From the NCBI GenBank assembly GCA_964484005.1, contig CAZADR010000001.1, forward strand, positions 135,819 through 199,818: a DNA stretch of 64,000 nt, given 5' to 3'. Origin of the DNA: an uncultured Candidatus Saccharibacteria bacterium. Lineage in GTDB: Bacteria > Patescibacteriota > Minisyncoccia > Phycocordibacterales > UBA9973. This document shows, one piece after another, positions 31,560 through 40,651 of this stretch (positions are counted from its first letter, which is position 1; each line of letters begins with the position of its first letter). Both the position numbers and the translations under genes were made by a program. Below the pieces are notes generated by a model. It was given only the letters and a program-made list of their open reading frames with translations, made no database searches and was not told the origin of the DNA.

Positions 31560-33986
31560 ATGACAGAAGAAAATAAAACAAATTTTGTAAAGTGGTACAG
31601 CGAGGTGGGTATTGCAGATGTTCCGTCTGTTGGTGGTAAAAATGCGGCTCTCGGAGAAATGTTTTCTAATTTAGTACCACTTGGAGTAAATATACCAGAT
31701 GGTTTTGCTCTTACTGCCGACGCTTATCGTCATTTTTTTAAAAAAACTGGTCTAGATGAAAAAATAAAAGAAATTTTAGCAGATTTAGATACGAGAAATA
31801 TTCGTAATCTACAAGTACGAGGTAAAAAGGTTCGTGAAGCAATAATAAAAGCTAGCTTGCCACAAGATTTACAAGATGCAGTGACACAGTCATATAAAGA
31901 GTTTGGAGAGAAATACGGAAAAAATACCGTGGTGGCTGTGCGTTCTTCGGCTACTGCTGAGGATCTACCAGGAGCTTCTTTTGCTGGACAACAGGAGACA
32001 TATCTAAATGTGCACGGTATTGAAAATATTTTAATTGCTACCAAGAAATGCATTGCTTCTCTTTTCACTGATAGAGCTATCTCCTATAGAGCTGATAAAG
32101 GATTTTCCCATTTTGACGCTGCGCTCTCTGTGGGTATCCAGAGGATGGTTCGTTCAGACCTCTCTGCCTCCGGAGTAGCATTTACCATTGATACCGAGAC
32201 TGGTTTTGATAAGGTTATTTTAATAAATGGTATTTATGGTCTTGGAGAATTTATTGTTCAAGGAAAAGTTATTCCCGATGAGTTTATTGTTTTTAAGCCT
32301 ACATTAGAAGATGAAAATAAAAATCCAATCATTGGTAAAAATATTGGTAAGAAAAATATCAAACTTGTATATGCAAAAGATGGAACCAAGCAAGAAAAAG
32401 TATCTCTTTCAGATGAACAAAAGTTTTGTATCACAGACGAAGAGACAAAAAAGCTTGCAGAGTGGTGCTTGCAGATAGAAAAATATTTCTCTAAAAAACA
32501 CGGACATTATCAACCGATGGATATAGAATGGGCCAAAGATGGTAAGACAGGTGAATTGTTTATTGTGCAAGCTCGCCCAGAGACGGTCATTTCTAGTCAA
32601 GATAAAAATGTTTTAAAAGAATATAAATTACAAAAAACAAGTAAAGTATTAGTGAGTGGTATTGCTGTCGGTTCAAAAATAGGAGCTGGCCAAGTTAGAG
32701 TTTTAAAGAATGCCAAAAACATTTCTCAATTTAAAAAAGGAGAAGTGTTGGTCACTGAGATTACAGATCCAGACTGGGAGCCAATTATGAAAATTGCTTC
32801 CGCTATTGTCACAGACAAGGGTGGGCGTACTTCGCATGCAGCTATTGTATCTCGAGAATTAGGTATCCCTTGTATTGTGGGCTCCAATAATGCTACTAAG
32901 GCCTTAAAAAATGGCCGGGAAGTCACTGTGGACTCTTCAGGGGGCCAGGTAGGCAATGTGCACGAAGGTATTCTTCCATTTGAGATATTAGAACATCACC
33001 TAGATAAAATACCTCAAGTTAAAACAAAGATTATGGTAAATATAGGCTCTCCTGATGATGCTTTCAAGAATCATTATTTGCCGGCACAAGGTGTGGGTCT
33101 AGGCAGATTGGAATTTATTATTGCTTCACATGTTCGTTTTCATCCAAATGCATTACTTGATTACCAAAAATTAAAAACAGGTAAAAAGACTCCTTATATA
33201 AAGACACTCATAAAAGAAATAGAAGAATTTACTCCTCTCTATAAAGATAAATCTCAGTTTTATGTAGAAAAGTTGGCTTTAGGTATCGCAAAGATTGCTG
33301 CTACTTTTTACCCGCACGATGTCATAATTCGTTTTTCTGATTTTAAAACAAACGAATACCGCACTCTGATGGGTGGGGAATTGTATGAACCCCATGAGGA
33401 AAATCCGATGCTGGGCTGGAGGGGTGCTTCTCGTTACTATGATCCAAAATTTAAAACTGCTTTTGGTCTTGAGTGTAAAGCAATGAAGATTGTTCGTGAA
33501 GAGATGGGATTTACAAATGTCATACCCATGATTCCGTTTTGTAGAACTCCAGAAGAAGGAAAACAAGTGATGGAAGTTATGAAAGAAAATGGACTTGACC
33601 GAGCGACAGACCCGAGCTTAAAAGTATATGTCATGTGTGAGATTCCTTCAAATATTCTACTAGCAGATGAATTTTTGGAAATCTTTGATGGTATGTCTAT
33701 CGGTTCAAATGATTTGACTCAGCTCACCCTTGGCTTGGATAGAGATTCTGGAATAGTGACTCATATCGCCAATGAAAATAATTCATCTGTAAAGAAACTC
33801 GTAGCACAGATAGTTCATAAATGTAGAGAAAAAGGGAAGTATATAGGTATTTGTGGACAAGCTCCTTCAGATTATCCAGAGTTTGCACAGTTTCTCGTAG
33901 ATGAGGGAATAGAGAGCATGTCTCTAAATCCTGACACAGTCATTAAGATAATCATGGCTCTCGGAAAGAATCAAAATAGCAACTAA
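31560..33986 (+). CDS. ppsA: phosphoenolpyruvate synthase (pyruvate, water dikinase)
   Basis: The ATP-grasp N-terminus is VGGKNAALGEM. The phospho-His domain is GGRTSHAAIVSRELGIPCIVG. A C-terminal PEP-utilising TIM barrel is present. The protein is 808 aa. Confidence 0.85.
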   Translation: MTEENKTNFVKWYSEVGIADVPSVGGKNAALGEMFSNLVPLGVNIPDGFALTADAYRHFFKKTGLDEKIKEILADLDTRNIRNLQVRGKKVREAIIKASLPQDLQDAVTQSYKEFGEKYGKNTVVAVRSSATAEDLPGASFAGQQETYLNVHGIENILIATKKCIASLFTDRAISYRADKGFSHFDAALSVGIQRMVRSDLSASGVAFTIDTETGFDKVILINGIYGLGEFIVQGKVIPDEFIVFKPTLEDENKNPIIGKNIGKKNIKLVYAKDGTKQEKVSLSDEQKFCITDEETKKLAEWCLQIEKYFSKKHGHYQPMDIEWAKDGKTGELFIVQARPETVISSQDKNVLKEYKLQKTSKVLVSGIAVGSKIGAGQVRVLKNAKNISQFKKGEVLVTEITDPDWEPIMKIASAIVTDKGGRTSHAAIVSRELGIPCIVGSNNATKALKNGREVTVDSSGGQVGNVHEGILPFEILEHHLDKIPQVKTKIMVNIGSPDDAFKNHYLPAQGVGLGRLEFIIASHVRFHPNALLDYQKLKTGKKTPYIKTLIKEIEEFTPLYKDKSQFYVEKLALGIAKIAATFYPHDVIIRFSDFKTNEYRTLMGGELYEPHEENPMLGWRGASRYYDPKFKTAFGLECKAMKIVREEMGFTNVIPMIPFCRTPEEGKQVMEVMKENGLDRATDPSLKVYVMCEIPSNILLADEFLEIFDGMSIGSNDLTQLTLGLDRDSGIVTHIANENNSSVKKLVAQIVHKCREKGKYIGICGQAPSDYPEFAQFLVDEGIESMSLNPDTVIKIIMALGKNQNSN

Positions 33987-33989
33987 ACT

Positions 33990-34063
33990 TGGTGCGGGAT
34001 GCGGGAATCGAACCCGCGTTTAATCCTTGGGAAGGACTCGTCATACCACTAAACTAATCCCGC
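33990..34063 (-). tRNA. tRNA-Gly (anticodon CCC), CCA encoded
   Basis: The reverse complement folds as a cloverleaf GCGGGAT..TTCCCAA..GCGGGTTCGATTCCCGCATCCCGCACCA with a 7-bp acceptor. Confidence 0.85.
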
Positions 34064-34141
34064 ATAAATAAAATATAGCTTTATTTTTTATGCTTGACAA
34101 GCATGCTATAATTAAGAAATTAATAGATAAATAAAAAAATT

Positions 34142-34375
34142 ATGAAAAATGTAACAATTTATTCGACCCCAACTTGTCACTTTTGTAACTTAGCCAAAGA
34201 CTTTTTTAAAGAAAATAATGTAGCTTTTACAGAATACAATGTAGCTACCGATCTTGAAAAAAGAAAGGAAATGATGGAAAAAAGCGGACAAATGGGGGTA
34301 CCTGTAATAATAATCGACAATGATATTACTGTAGGTTTTGATAAACCTAGAATCGCTACGCAATTGGGTCTTTAA
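34142..34375 (+). CDS. glutaredoxin-like protein (NrdH/YruB-like thioredoxin fold)
   Basis: The CHFC active site is near the N-terminus. The protein is 77 aa. Confidence 0.7.
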   Translation: MKNVTIYSTPTCHFCNLAKDFFKENNVAFTEYNVATDLEKRKEMMEKSGQMGVPVIIIDNDITVGFDKPRIATQLGL

Positions 34376-34379
34376 AATG

Positions 34380-34451
34380 TGCCCTCACTCCGAATCGAAC
34401 GGGGATCTATTCCTTAGGACGGAACTGTTCTATCCATTGAACTATGAGGGC
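34380..34451 (-). tRNA. tRNA-Arg (anticodon CCT), no encoded CCA
   Basis: The reverse complement is GCCCTCATAGTTCAATGGATAGAAC..GTCCTAA..TTCGATTCGGAGTGAGGGC. There is one C-A mismatch in the T stem. Confidence 0.8.
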
Positions 34452-34524
34452 GATGTTTATAATCTAACACATAAAAGGTTTATTTGGAATTGGTATTTTA
34501 TAAAAATTATGCTAAAATAGCACG

Positions 34525-34752
34525 ATGGATCCTGAATCCAAGAGATTATTAGAAGAGACTTTAGAGCTTACTCAAGAGAACAACAAGATGCTCCATAAGG
34601 TCAGAAGTATCCAACAATGGACTACTTTTTGGTCTTTGTTTAAAGTCTTTTTGATAATAGGTATTGCTTTGGGGTCTTTTTATTTCTTACAGCCATATAT
34701 AGATCAATTAATTAGTGTATATAGTGGCGCAATGGATATTTTCCAAAACTAA
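34525..34752 (+). CDS. hypothetical small membrane protein (1 TM)
   Basis: A 75-aa ORF with one hydrophobic helix, lying between two tRNA genes. Confidence 0.4.
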   Translation: MDPESKRLLEETLELTQENNKMLHKVRSIQQWTTFWSLFKVFLIIGIALGSFYFLQPYIDQLISVYSGAMDIFQN

Positions 34753-34839
34753 AATTTAAAAATAAGCCGCTGAGGTAGCTGTTTTGGTAGGTATACGCAA
34801 TTAGTAGAAGGAAAGAGGTTTTTATTTAAAACAGAAAAT

Positions 34840-34912
34840 GCCGAGGTAGCTCAGTTGGTAGAGCGCTCCCCTGAAGAGGGATAGGTCACCAGTTCGATTC
34901 TGGTCCTCGGCA
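34840..34912 (+). tRNA. tRNA-Phe (anticodon GAA), no encoded CCA
   Basis: GCCGAGGTAGCTCAGTTGGTAGAGC..CTGAAGA..ACCAGTTCGATTCTGGTCCTCGGCA. Position 37 reads as G in my parse. Confidence 0.8.
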
Positions 34913-34924
34913 CAGATATATTAG

Positions 34925-35404
34925 CTAGATTGATTTAACTTTTACAGTGTTCTTTTTATCTTTATCTACTTTTTTGATTTTTATTGTGACGAGGCCATGT
35001 CTTTCAGTGGCTTCGACTTCTTCGGGTTCTACTTCAGCTGGAAGGGAAATAGTGCGAGAAAATTTTCCCCAATAAAGCTCCTTGGTGAAATAATTATCTT
35101 CATCGATAGTTCTAGATTCTTCGCGTTCTCCGCGTACAGTGATGGTGTCTCTAGCCACTGAAATATCCAAGTCTTCAGGCCTTACTCCAGCTACCATTGT
35201 TTGTATTACGATATCTGTAGGAGTCTGGAAAACATCTACTGAAAGTTCAGCTTCTTCGTTTTCTTCTTCTATCCAGTTTACGCTACTTTTAGCATCTCCT
35301 TTTTGACCCCTTAGCATGTAATCTTTATTTGAGTCAGATTGCTCTTCTTCCAAATTCATACTTCCAGTTAGTCTTTCAAAAAAACTTCTTTTTTTATTTT
35401 CCAT
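34925..35404 (-). CDS. Hsp20/alpha-crystallin family small heat-shock protein
   Basis: The alpha-crystallin domain is present (…FTKELYWGKFSRTISLPAEVEPEEVEATERHGLVTIKIKK). Confidence 0.85.
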   Translation of the reverse strand: MENKKRSFFERLTGSMNLEEEQSDSNKDYMLRGQKGDAKSSVNWIEEENEEAELSVDVFQTPTDIVIQTMVAGVRPEDLDISVARDTITVRGEREESRTIDEDNYFTKELYWGKFSRTISLPAEVEPEEVEATERHGLVTIKIKKVDKDKKNTVKVKSI

Positions 35405-35437
35405 AATTTAAAATTTTAGGCTAAAATTAATAATTTT

Positions 35438-36136
35438 TTATATGCTCATTCTTCTAACCTTTTCAAAAAGTAGCATGATTACGATTGTGACGACCCACAA
35501 AAAAGCAAACACTTTTAAGAAATCATTTCCATCATTCTTAATTATAAAAAAATTAAAGGCAGTATGCAAGGAGGTTGCTACCAAGAACCCAATAATTAAA
35601 AAGAATTTTTTTACAAATCTGCCCATAAATAGAGACATGCCAATAGTGATACCTATCACTCCACTTGCAATAGTATGTAAAAGGGTAGACCCTAAAAACC
35701 TAAGGTGGCCAGTTAGTAAGGCCACAGTAGCCCCGTCTGCTAGCGAAATTGGTTTTATAAGGAATAAGGTGTTTTCTAGTGCTGCAAACCCCAGAGCGCA
35801 GGTTATGAGGTAAATAGGCCAATCTATAGGCTTGTTGGCATAGTTGGTTTTATAAAGGATTATTAAAACAGCCAAATATTTCATTATCTCTTCTGCACTA
35901 GCCCACAAAATGAGTTCAATATTATGTGAACCAATATGTGTCTGTATAAATTTTTGAATAGGTAATACGATAAGAACAGCGAGCATTCCCATCACAAATA
36001 CAACAGTGAGTAGTATTGTGGGTTCTGGATTTTCTTCATCTTCTTTTAACCAAAACCACAACCAAAAAAGAGAAGGAAGTATTCCCCCTAAAAATGCCAA
36101 AATTAAAACTCTTGGGTCGCTACTTATGATGGCCAT
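35438..36136 (-). CDS. PrsW-like intramembrane metalloprotease (CPBP/PrsW family)
   Basis: It is polytopic, with EExxK-like (EEIMKY), FxxxEN (FAALEN) and His (HTIASG, HTAFNF) motifs. Confidence 0.5.
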   Translation of the reverse strand: MAIISSDPRVLILAFLGGILPSLFWLWFWLKEDEENPEPTILLTVVFVMGMLAVLIVLPIQKFIQTHIGSHNIELILWASAEEIMKYLAVLIILYKTNYANKPIDWPIYLITCALGFAALENTLFLIKPISLADGATVALLTGHLRFLGSTLLHTIASGVIGITIGMSLFMGRFVKKFFLIIGFLVATSLHTAFNFFIIKNDGNDFLKVFAFLWVVTIVIMLLFEKVRRMSI

Positions 36137-38295
36137 TCTTCTGTCATCAACATATTTTTATTATTAAATACTGTCGACCAGATTTCTTCGGTAACAAAAG
36201 GTATAAAGGGGTGTAGGGCTTTCAATAGTGTGATTAATTGTGAGTATAAAATAGCCTTAGCAGAATCTGTATTTTTATTTTCCAAGATTTTCTTTTTTGA
36301 GCGTTCTAAAATAACATCTGCAAAAGTGTGCCAGAAATAATGATAGAGTTTTTCAGAAACAATATAAAACTTGTATTCATCCATCTCTTTTGTGATTTCT
36401 TTTATCAAGGTTTCTAGTTCTTCGTCAGACTTTTGATCTTCTTCATCAAATTTTATCTCTGATAATTTGGAAATATCCAAATCTTTTGTATTATCCAAGA
36501 CAAAGCGAGTAACATTCCATATTTTATTGGCGAAATTTTTGTATCCTTTTATTTTATCTTCAGAAACCTTACTGTCAGTTCCTGGGGCTGTGCCAGTGAT
36601 GAGGGCCATGCGTCCAGCATCAGCTCCGTATTTATCTGCTATTTCTAGTGGGTCTATGCCGTTGCCCAAAGATTTGGACATTCTCATGCCTTTTCCATCT
36701 CTAACAGTTCCATGTAAGAAAACATTTTTGAAAGGTATTTCTCCGAGAGCGTATTCTGACATCAAGACCATTCTCGCCACCCAAAAGAAAAGTATTTCAT
36801 AGCCAGTTTCAAGCATGTCCGTAGGGTGAAAGTTTTTTAAATCTTTTGTTTTTTCTGGCCAGCCGAGAGTTGAGAAAGTCCAAAGTCCAGATGAAAACCA
36901 GGTGTCCAGGGTATCAGGATCTTGTTCGAAGCCTTCTCCCTCTGGGGCTTTTATCCCGACAAACATTTCAGTACCTTTGTACCAAACAGGAATCCTGTGA
37001 CCATACCATATTTGTCTAGAAATACACCAATCTCGCAAGTTTTCTATCCAGTGAAAATAAGTTTTTATAAAATAATCTGGAATTATTTTTATTTCTTCTT
37101 TTTCAAAAGGCTCACGCATCAAATCTTTTAAAGTTTTATTTTCTCTTTCTTTGATTGGTTTATTTACATCTATCCACCATTGTAATTTTGGTAAAGGCTC
37201 TATTATTCCACCGGTGCGCTCCGCCGTGGCCACATTTTGTTTTATTTCCTCTTCTTTTTCTAAAAGGTTTTGAGAGCGGAGCCACTCCACTATTACAACT
37301 CTCGCTTCTGTGGTTTTTTTACCCAAAAGATTTTCTCCTCCGACTGACATCTTTGCGTACTCGTTTATTACTTGTGTATTTGGTAGATCGTGTCGTGCTG
37401 CCATTTCCCAGTCAATCATTGAATGGGCTGGGGTGACACCCAGTGCACCTGTACCAAAAGCCGGGTCCACTTCTTTATCAGCTATTATTTTTATGTGAAT
37501 CGGTACTCCACAAAATTCCAAGTCGTATTCTTTGCCAACAAATTCTTCATATCTTTTGTCGTCTGGATGCACCGCCACAGCTACATCTCCGACTTTTGTC
37601 TCAGGTCGGCTGGTTGAAATTGAAATAGGGAAGTCTGCGCTGTATTTAAAAGTGTAAAGTTTTGAAGTTCGTTCTTCGTAGACTATCTCATCGTCTGAGA
37701 TCGTGGTCTGTCCTTTTGGGTCCCAGTTTACGATTCTATTTTTGCGATAGATTAATCCGTCATCATACATTGTTTTAAACATTGTATTTACCGCCAAGTT
37801 TCTTTTTTCATCGAAGGTAAAAGCTTCTCGAGACCAATCACAAGAAGCTCCCATAACTTTTATTTGTGAGACGATGGTGTCGTGACTTTGTTGAGCAAAT
37901 TCTTTTATTCTTTTTAGCATTTCTTCGCGTCCTAAATCATGCCTAGATTTTCCTTCTTTTTTGTAGATTTCTTTTTCAACTTTTGATTGGGTTGCTATGG
38001 CTGCATGATCTGTACCAGGGAGCCACAAGGTTTTGAATCCTTGCATTCTTTTGTATCTAATCATGATGTCTTCGAGGGTAATCATGAGAGCGTGTCCCAT
38101 ATGGAGAACCCCCGTCACATTTGGTGGAGGCATCATTATGGTATAAGTTTCTTTTCTTTCTCCAGGTAAGTTGTCAGGATTAAAAAAACCGCTCTCTTCC
38201 CAGAGCTTATATATTCTACCTTCTGTGTTTTTGGGGTCGTAAGGCTTTAGAAGCTTTTCCGGCAGACTCTCGTTCATATAATCAAATAATATCAT
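36124..38295 (-). CDS. valS: valine--tRNA ligase (short form without C-terminal coiled coil)
   Basis: PPPNVTGVLHMGHA (HIGH) and KMSKSLGN motifs are present. The protein is 723 aa. Confidence 0.95.
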   Translation of the reverse strand: MILFDYMNESLPEKLLKPYDPKNTEGRIYKLWEESGFFNPDNLPGERKETYTIMMPPPNVTGVLHMGHALMITLEDIMIRYKRMQGFKTLWLPGTDHAAIATQSKVEKEIYKKEGKSRHDLGREEMLKRIKEFAQQSHDTIVSQIKVMGASCDWSREAFTFDEKRNLAVNTMFKTMYDDGLIYRKNRIVNWDPKGQTTISDDEIVYEERTSKLYTFKYSADFPISISTSRPETKVGDVAVAVHPDDKRYEEFVGKEYDLEFCGVPIHIKIIADKEVDPAFGTGALGVTPAHSMIDWEMAARHDLPNTQVINEYAKMSVGGENLLGKKTTEARVVIVEWLRSQNLLEKEEEIKQNVATAERTGGIIEPLPKLQWWIDVNKPIKERENKTLKDLMREPFEKEEIKIIPDYFIKTYFHWIENLRDWCISRQIWYGHRIPVWYKGTEMFVGIKAPEGEGFEQDPDTLDTWFSSGLWTFSTLGWPEKTKDLKNFHPTDMLETGYEILFFWVARMVLMSEYALGEIPFKNVFLHGTVRDGKGMRMSKSLGNGIDPLEIADKYGADAGRMALITGTAPGTDSKVSEDKIKGYKNFANKIWNVTRFVLDNTKDLDISKLSEIKFDEEDQKSDEELETLIKEITKEMDEYKFYIVSEKLYHYFWHTFADVILERSKKKILENKNTDSAKAILYSQLITLLKALHPFIPFVTEEIWSTVFNNKNMLMTEEWPS

Positions 38296-38317
38296 ATTTA
38301 CCTGCCCTTTGGCGAGG

Positions 38318-39469
38318 TTAGAGCCTTAAATTACCGACTGCTTTTATGCTACTTAGTCTAGGTACTTTCTTTTTGTTTTTTATGTAATTTATGTATCCAG
38401 TTATGCCTATCATTAGAGAATTATCAGTCGAAAGTTCTTTTCCAGGGAAAAATAGTTTAATCTTTTTTCCTGTAATCTTTTTCATTTCATTTCTTAGGTG
38501 TTTATTGGCAGCGACTCCACCTGCTACGATGACTGTGTTTATTTTATATTTCTCTATAGCCTTTTTGGTTTTATGAGTCAAGCTTTCAATGGCGGCATTT
38601 TCAAACTCCAAAGCTATCTCTGATTTTGTTTTTTCATTCAGTTTTCCTTCTGGGCTAATTTTTTTTATTAGATAAAGTACTGCAGTTTTTAACCCTGAAA
38701 AAGAAAAATCAAAGTTTTTGCTATGGAGCATGGGCCTAGGCAAAGTAATAGGAAATAAACTTTGAGGGGATTCCGCAGGGCGACGGCCCGAGGACTGAGC
38801 TAATTTTTTAGTAGAAAAAATGCGACCCTGAACAGCTTCGTTTTCTGTTGTTCTTAAACCTTCTGCTAATTTAGAAATCTGTGGACCACCAGGATAGGGA
38901 AGCCCGAGCATTCTTGCCACTTTATCAAAAGCCTCACCCACTGCGTCGTCTAATGTCTGCCCTATTATTTTATAATCCATCCATTTGTTTACAAGAACTA
39001 ATTCTGTGTGTCCACCAGAGACCAAGAGGGAAAGAGTAGGATTTTTTGTTTTTGTAATTTTAAAACCTCCTTTGTTTTTTCCAAAAACTGAAAGGATGTG
39101 TCCCTCCATATGGTTCACGGGGATTACCGGCACTTTCCACTTCTTTGAAAGTTCTTTTGCAAAGACAATTCCTGTCCAGAGAGCAGGCTCCAGTCCTGGA
39201 CCACAAGTCACTGCAATCAAATCTACTGGTTTTTTATCTTTGTCTAATTTTGCTTGCTTGAGAGTTTTTTCCAAGACTATGGGTAGATTTTTTATATGTT
39301 CTCTTTTAGCTAAAGCAGGGAAGACTCCACCATAGGGAATATGCACTTTTATCTGTGAGGCCACATTGTCACCCAATACCTTAAAAGAAGGGTTTGTGAC
39401 CCCGCCTTTAGCTTCCAATATACTTATGCCTGTTTCATCACAGGATGTCTCTATACTTAAAATTTTCAT
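38318..39469 (-). CDS. tsaD: tRNA N6-adenosine threonylcarbamoyltransferase TsaD (Kae1/YgjD family)
   Basis: The N-terminus is MKILSIETSCDETGISI, with metal-binding His pairs and a C-terminal extension. Confidence 0.9.
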   Translation of the reverse strand: MKILSIETSCDETGISILEAKGGVTNPSFKVLGDNVASQIKVHIPYGGVFPALAKREHIKNLPIVLEKTLKQAKLDKDKKPVDLIAVTCGPGLEPALWTGIVFAKELSKKWKVPVIPVNHMEGHILSVFGKNKGGFKITKTKNPTLSLLVSGGHTELVLVNKWMDYKIIGQTLDDAVGEAFDKVARMLGLPYPGGPQISKLAEGLRTTENEAVQGRIFSTKKLAQSSGRRPAESPQSLFPITLPRPMLHSKNFDFSFSGLKTAVLYLIKKISPEGKLNEKTKSEIALEFENAAIESLTHKTKKAIEKYKINTVIVAGGVAANKHLRNEMKKITGKKIKLFFPGKELSTDNSLMIGITGYINYIKNKKKVPRLSSIKAVGNLRL

Positions 39470-39501
39470 AACAATATACTCTGTAATAATATTGTTTGGA
39501 G

Positions 39502-39768
39502 CTACAAACTTTTTCTAGCAACCAAAGGTAGCCACCCTAAAAATAGGATTACTGTTGTCGAGGATGAATTTTTTAGAGACAGCCTATTAGTACAATTAAT
39601 GGAGGGAGTTTGAGAGGTTTTGCTATTAAAAGTGGTTAAGATGCTTCCATCTGATTGAAGACACTCAAATGTCTTTGACTCTGAATATAAATAATTACCG
39701 GCAAAAAATGAGCCTATAAATAAATAAACTATTACACATACCAATATTATTTTTGTTGTCTTACTCAT
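39502..39768 (-). CDS. hypothetical small secreted or membrane protein
   Basis: There is an N-terminal hydrophobic helix and four Cys residues. Confidence 0.35.
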   Translation of the reverse strand: MSKTTKIILVCVIVYLFIGSFFAGNYLYSESKTFECLQSDGSILTTFNSKTSQTPSINCTNRLSLKNSSSTTVILFLGWLPLVARKSL

Positions 39769-39824
39769 ATATTTGAATATACTTAAATGTTAAAAAGTAA
39801 TAAAATTATTATAGCTTTTTATTG

Positions 39825-39896
39825 TGCGCGGTGAGGGGATTGAACCCCCGGCCCTCGTCACGTCAAGACGATGCTCTACCACTGAGCTAACCGCGC
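39825..39896 (-). tRNA. tRNA-Val (anticodon GAC), no encoded CCA
   Basis: The reverse complement is GCGCGGTTAGCTCAGTGGTAGAGCATCGTCTTGACGTGACGAGGGCCGGGGGTTCAATCCCCTCACCGCGCA. Confidence 0.85.
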
Positions 39897-40582
39897 ATAT
39901 TTTCTAATGTTTTTTCACAAAACTTCCTTCCAATATATACCAGTTTTCTTTGTATCGCAATGTTACCACAATCAATAACACAAACACCTTTATAGTCCGA
40001 GTATGTAGATATCCCTACAGTTCTTTTGTCAACAGATATAGACTTAAACCTGTGAAGTGGGGCGTTTAGTTCTTTAGCCCAATAATTTTTAATTAATTCA
40101 GGATTTTGATCAGCTCGAATGTGTAAATCAAATCTGATTTTTTCTATGTTTACTTTATATATCTCAAGCATTATTCTTAAAAAGAATTTCATTATTAAAG
40201 GGTCAGAATTTCCCATGCCTGTTTTTGGAGATTTTTTAAACCCTTCACCTAAATATAAAAGAGCAAGAGCTAATTCAATGGTTTCTTGTTTGTTGTTTAT
40301 TTTTAACAATGTTTTTTCAGCTTCATTTTCTGCTATTTTTAATCTATGTCTTTTTTGTTCGTTATGCCAAACTACAGCTATTTTTCTTGCATTGATGAGA
40401 GCTTTCTTGTGTTTGGTATCTAGTGATTTATATTGGGAGTTAGTGAGTTTTATGTTTTTAAACCAGCCACTAAGTGTTGAACGGGGAATACCCAAAAATG
40501 TCTCTATGTGTCTGATAGATTTTCCCTGTTTTCTAAAATATATTGCTTTTGATTTTAACTGGAACCATTTAGATTGCACCAC
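39887..40582 (-). CDS. HTH-domain protein with a degenerate LAGLIDADG-like motif (possible homing-endonuclease-like ORF)
   Basis: An N-terminal HTH (IRHIETFLGIPRSTLSGWFKNIK) is present. LALALLYLGEGFK resembles a LAGLIDADG block. The stop overlaps the 5' end of tRNA-Val by about 10 nt. Confidence 0.4.
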   Translation of the reverse strand: MVQSKWFQLKSKAIYFRKQGKSIRHIETFLGIPRSTLSGWFKNIKLTNSQYKSLDTKHKKALINARKIAVVWHNEQKRHRLKIAENEAEKTLLKINNKQETIELALALLYLGEGFKKSPKTGMGNSDPLIMKFFLRIMLEIYKVNIEKIRFDLHIRADQNPELIKNYWAKELNAPLHRFKSISVDKRTVGISTYSDYKGVCVIDCGNIAIQRKLVYIGRKFCEKTLENMRG

Positions 40583-40651
40583 TTAATTATAATATCAATG
40601 GTTCCAATAAGCAACCCATTTTATACCATTTTCAAAAGGTTTTTATCTTTT

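Noticed and set aside
34338-34520. 60-aa ORF on the + strand
   Set aside because: It overlaps tRNA-Arg (34380..34451) almost entirely and is spurious.
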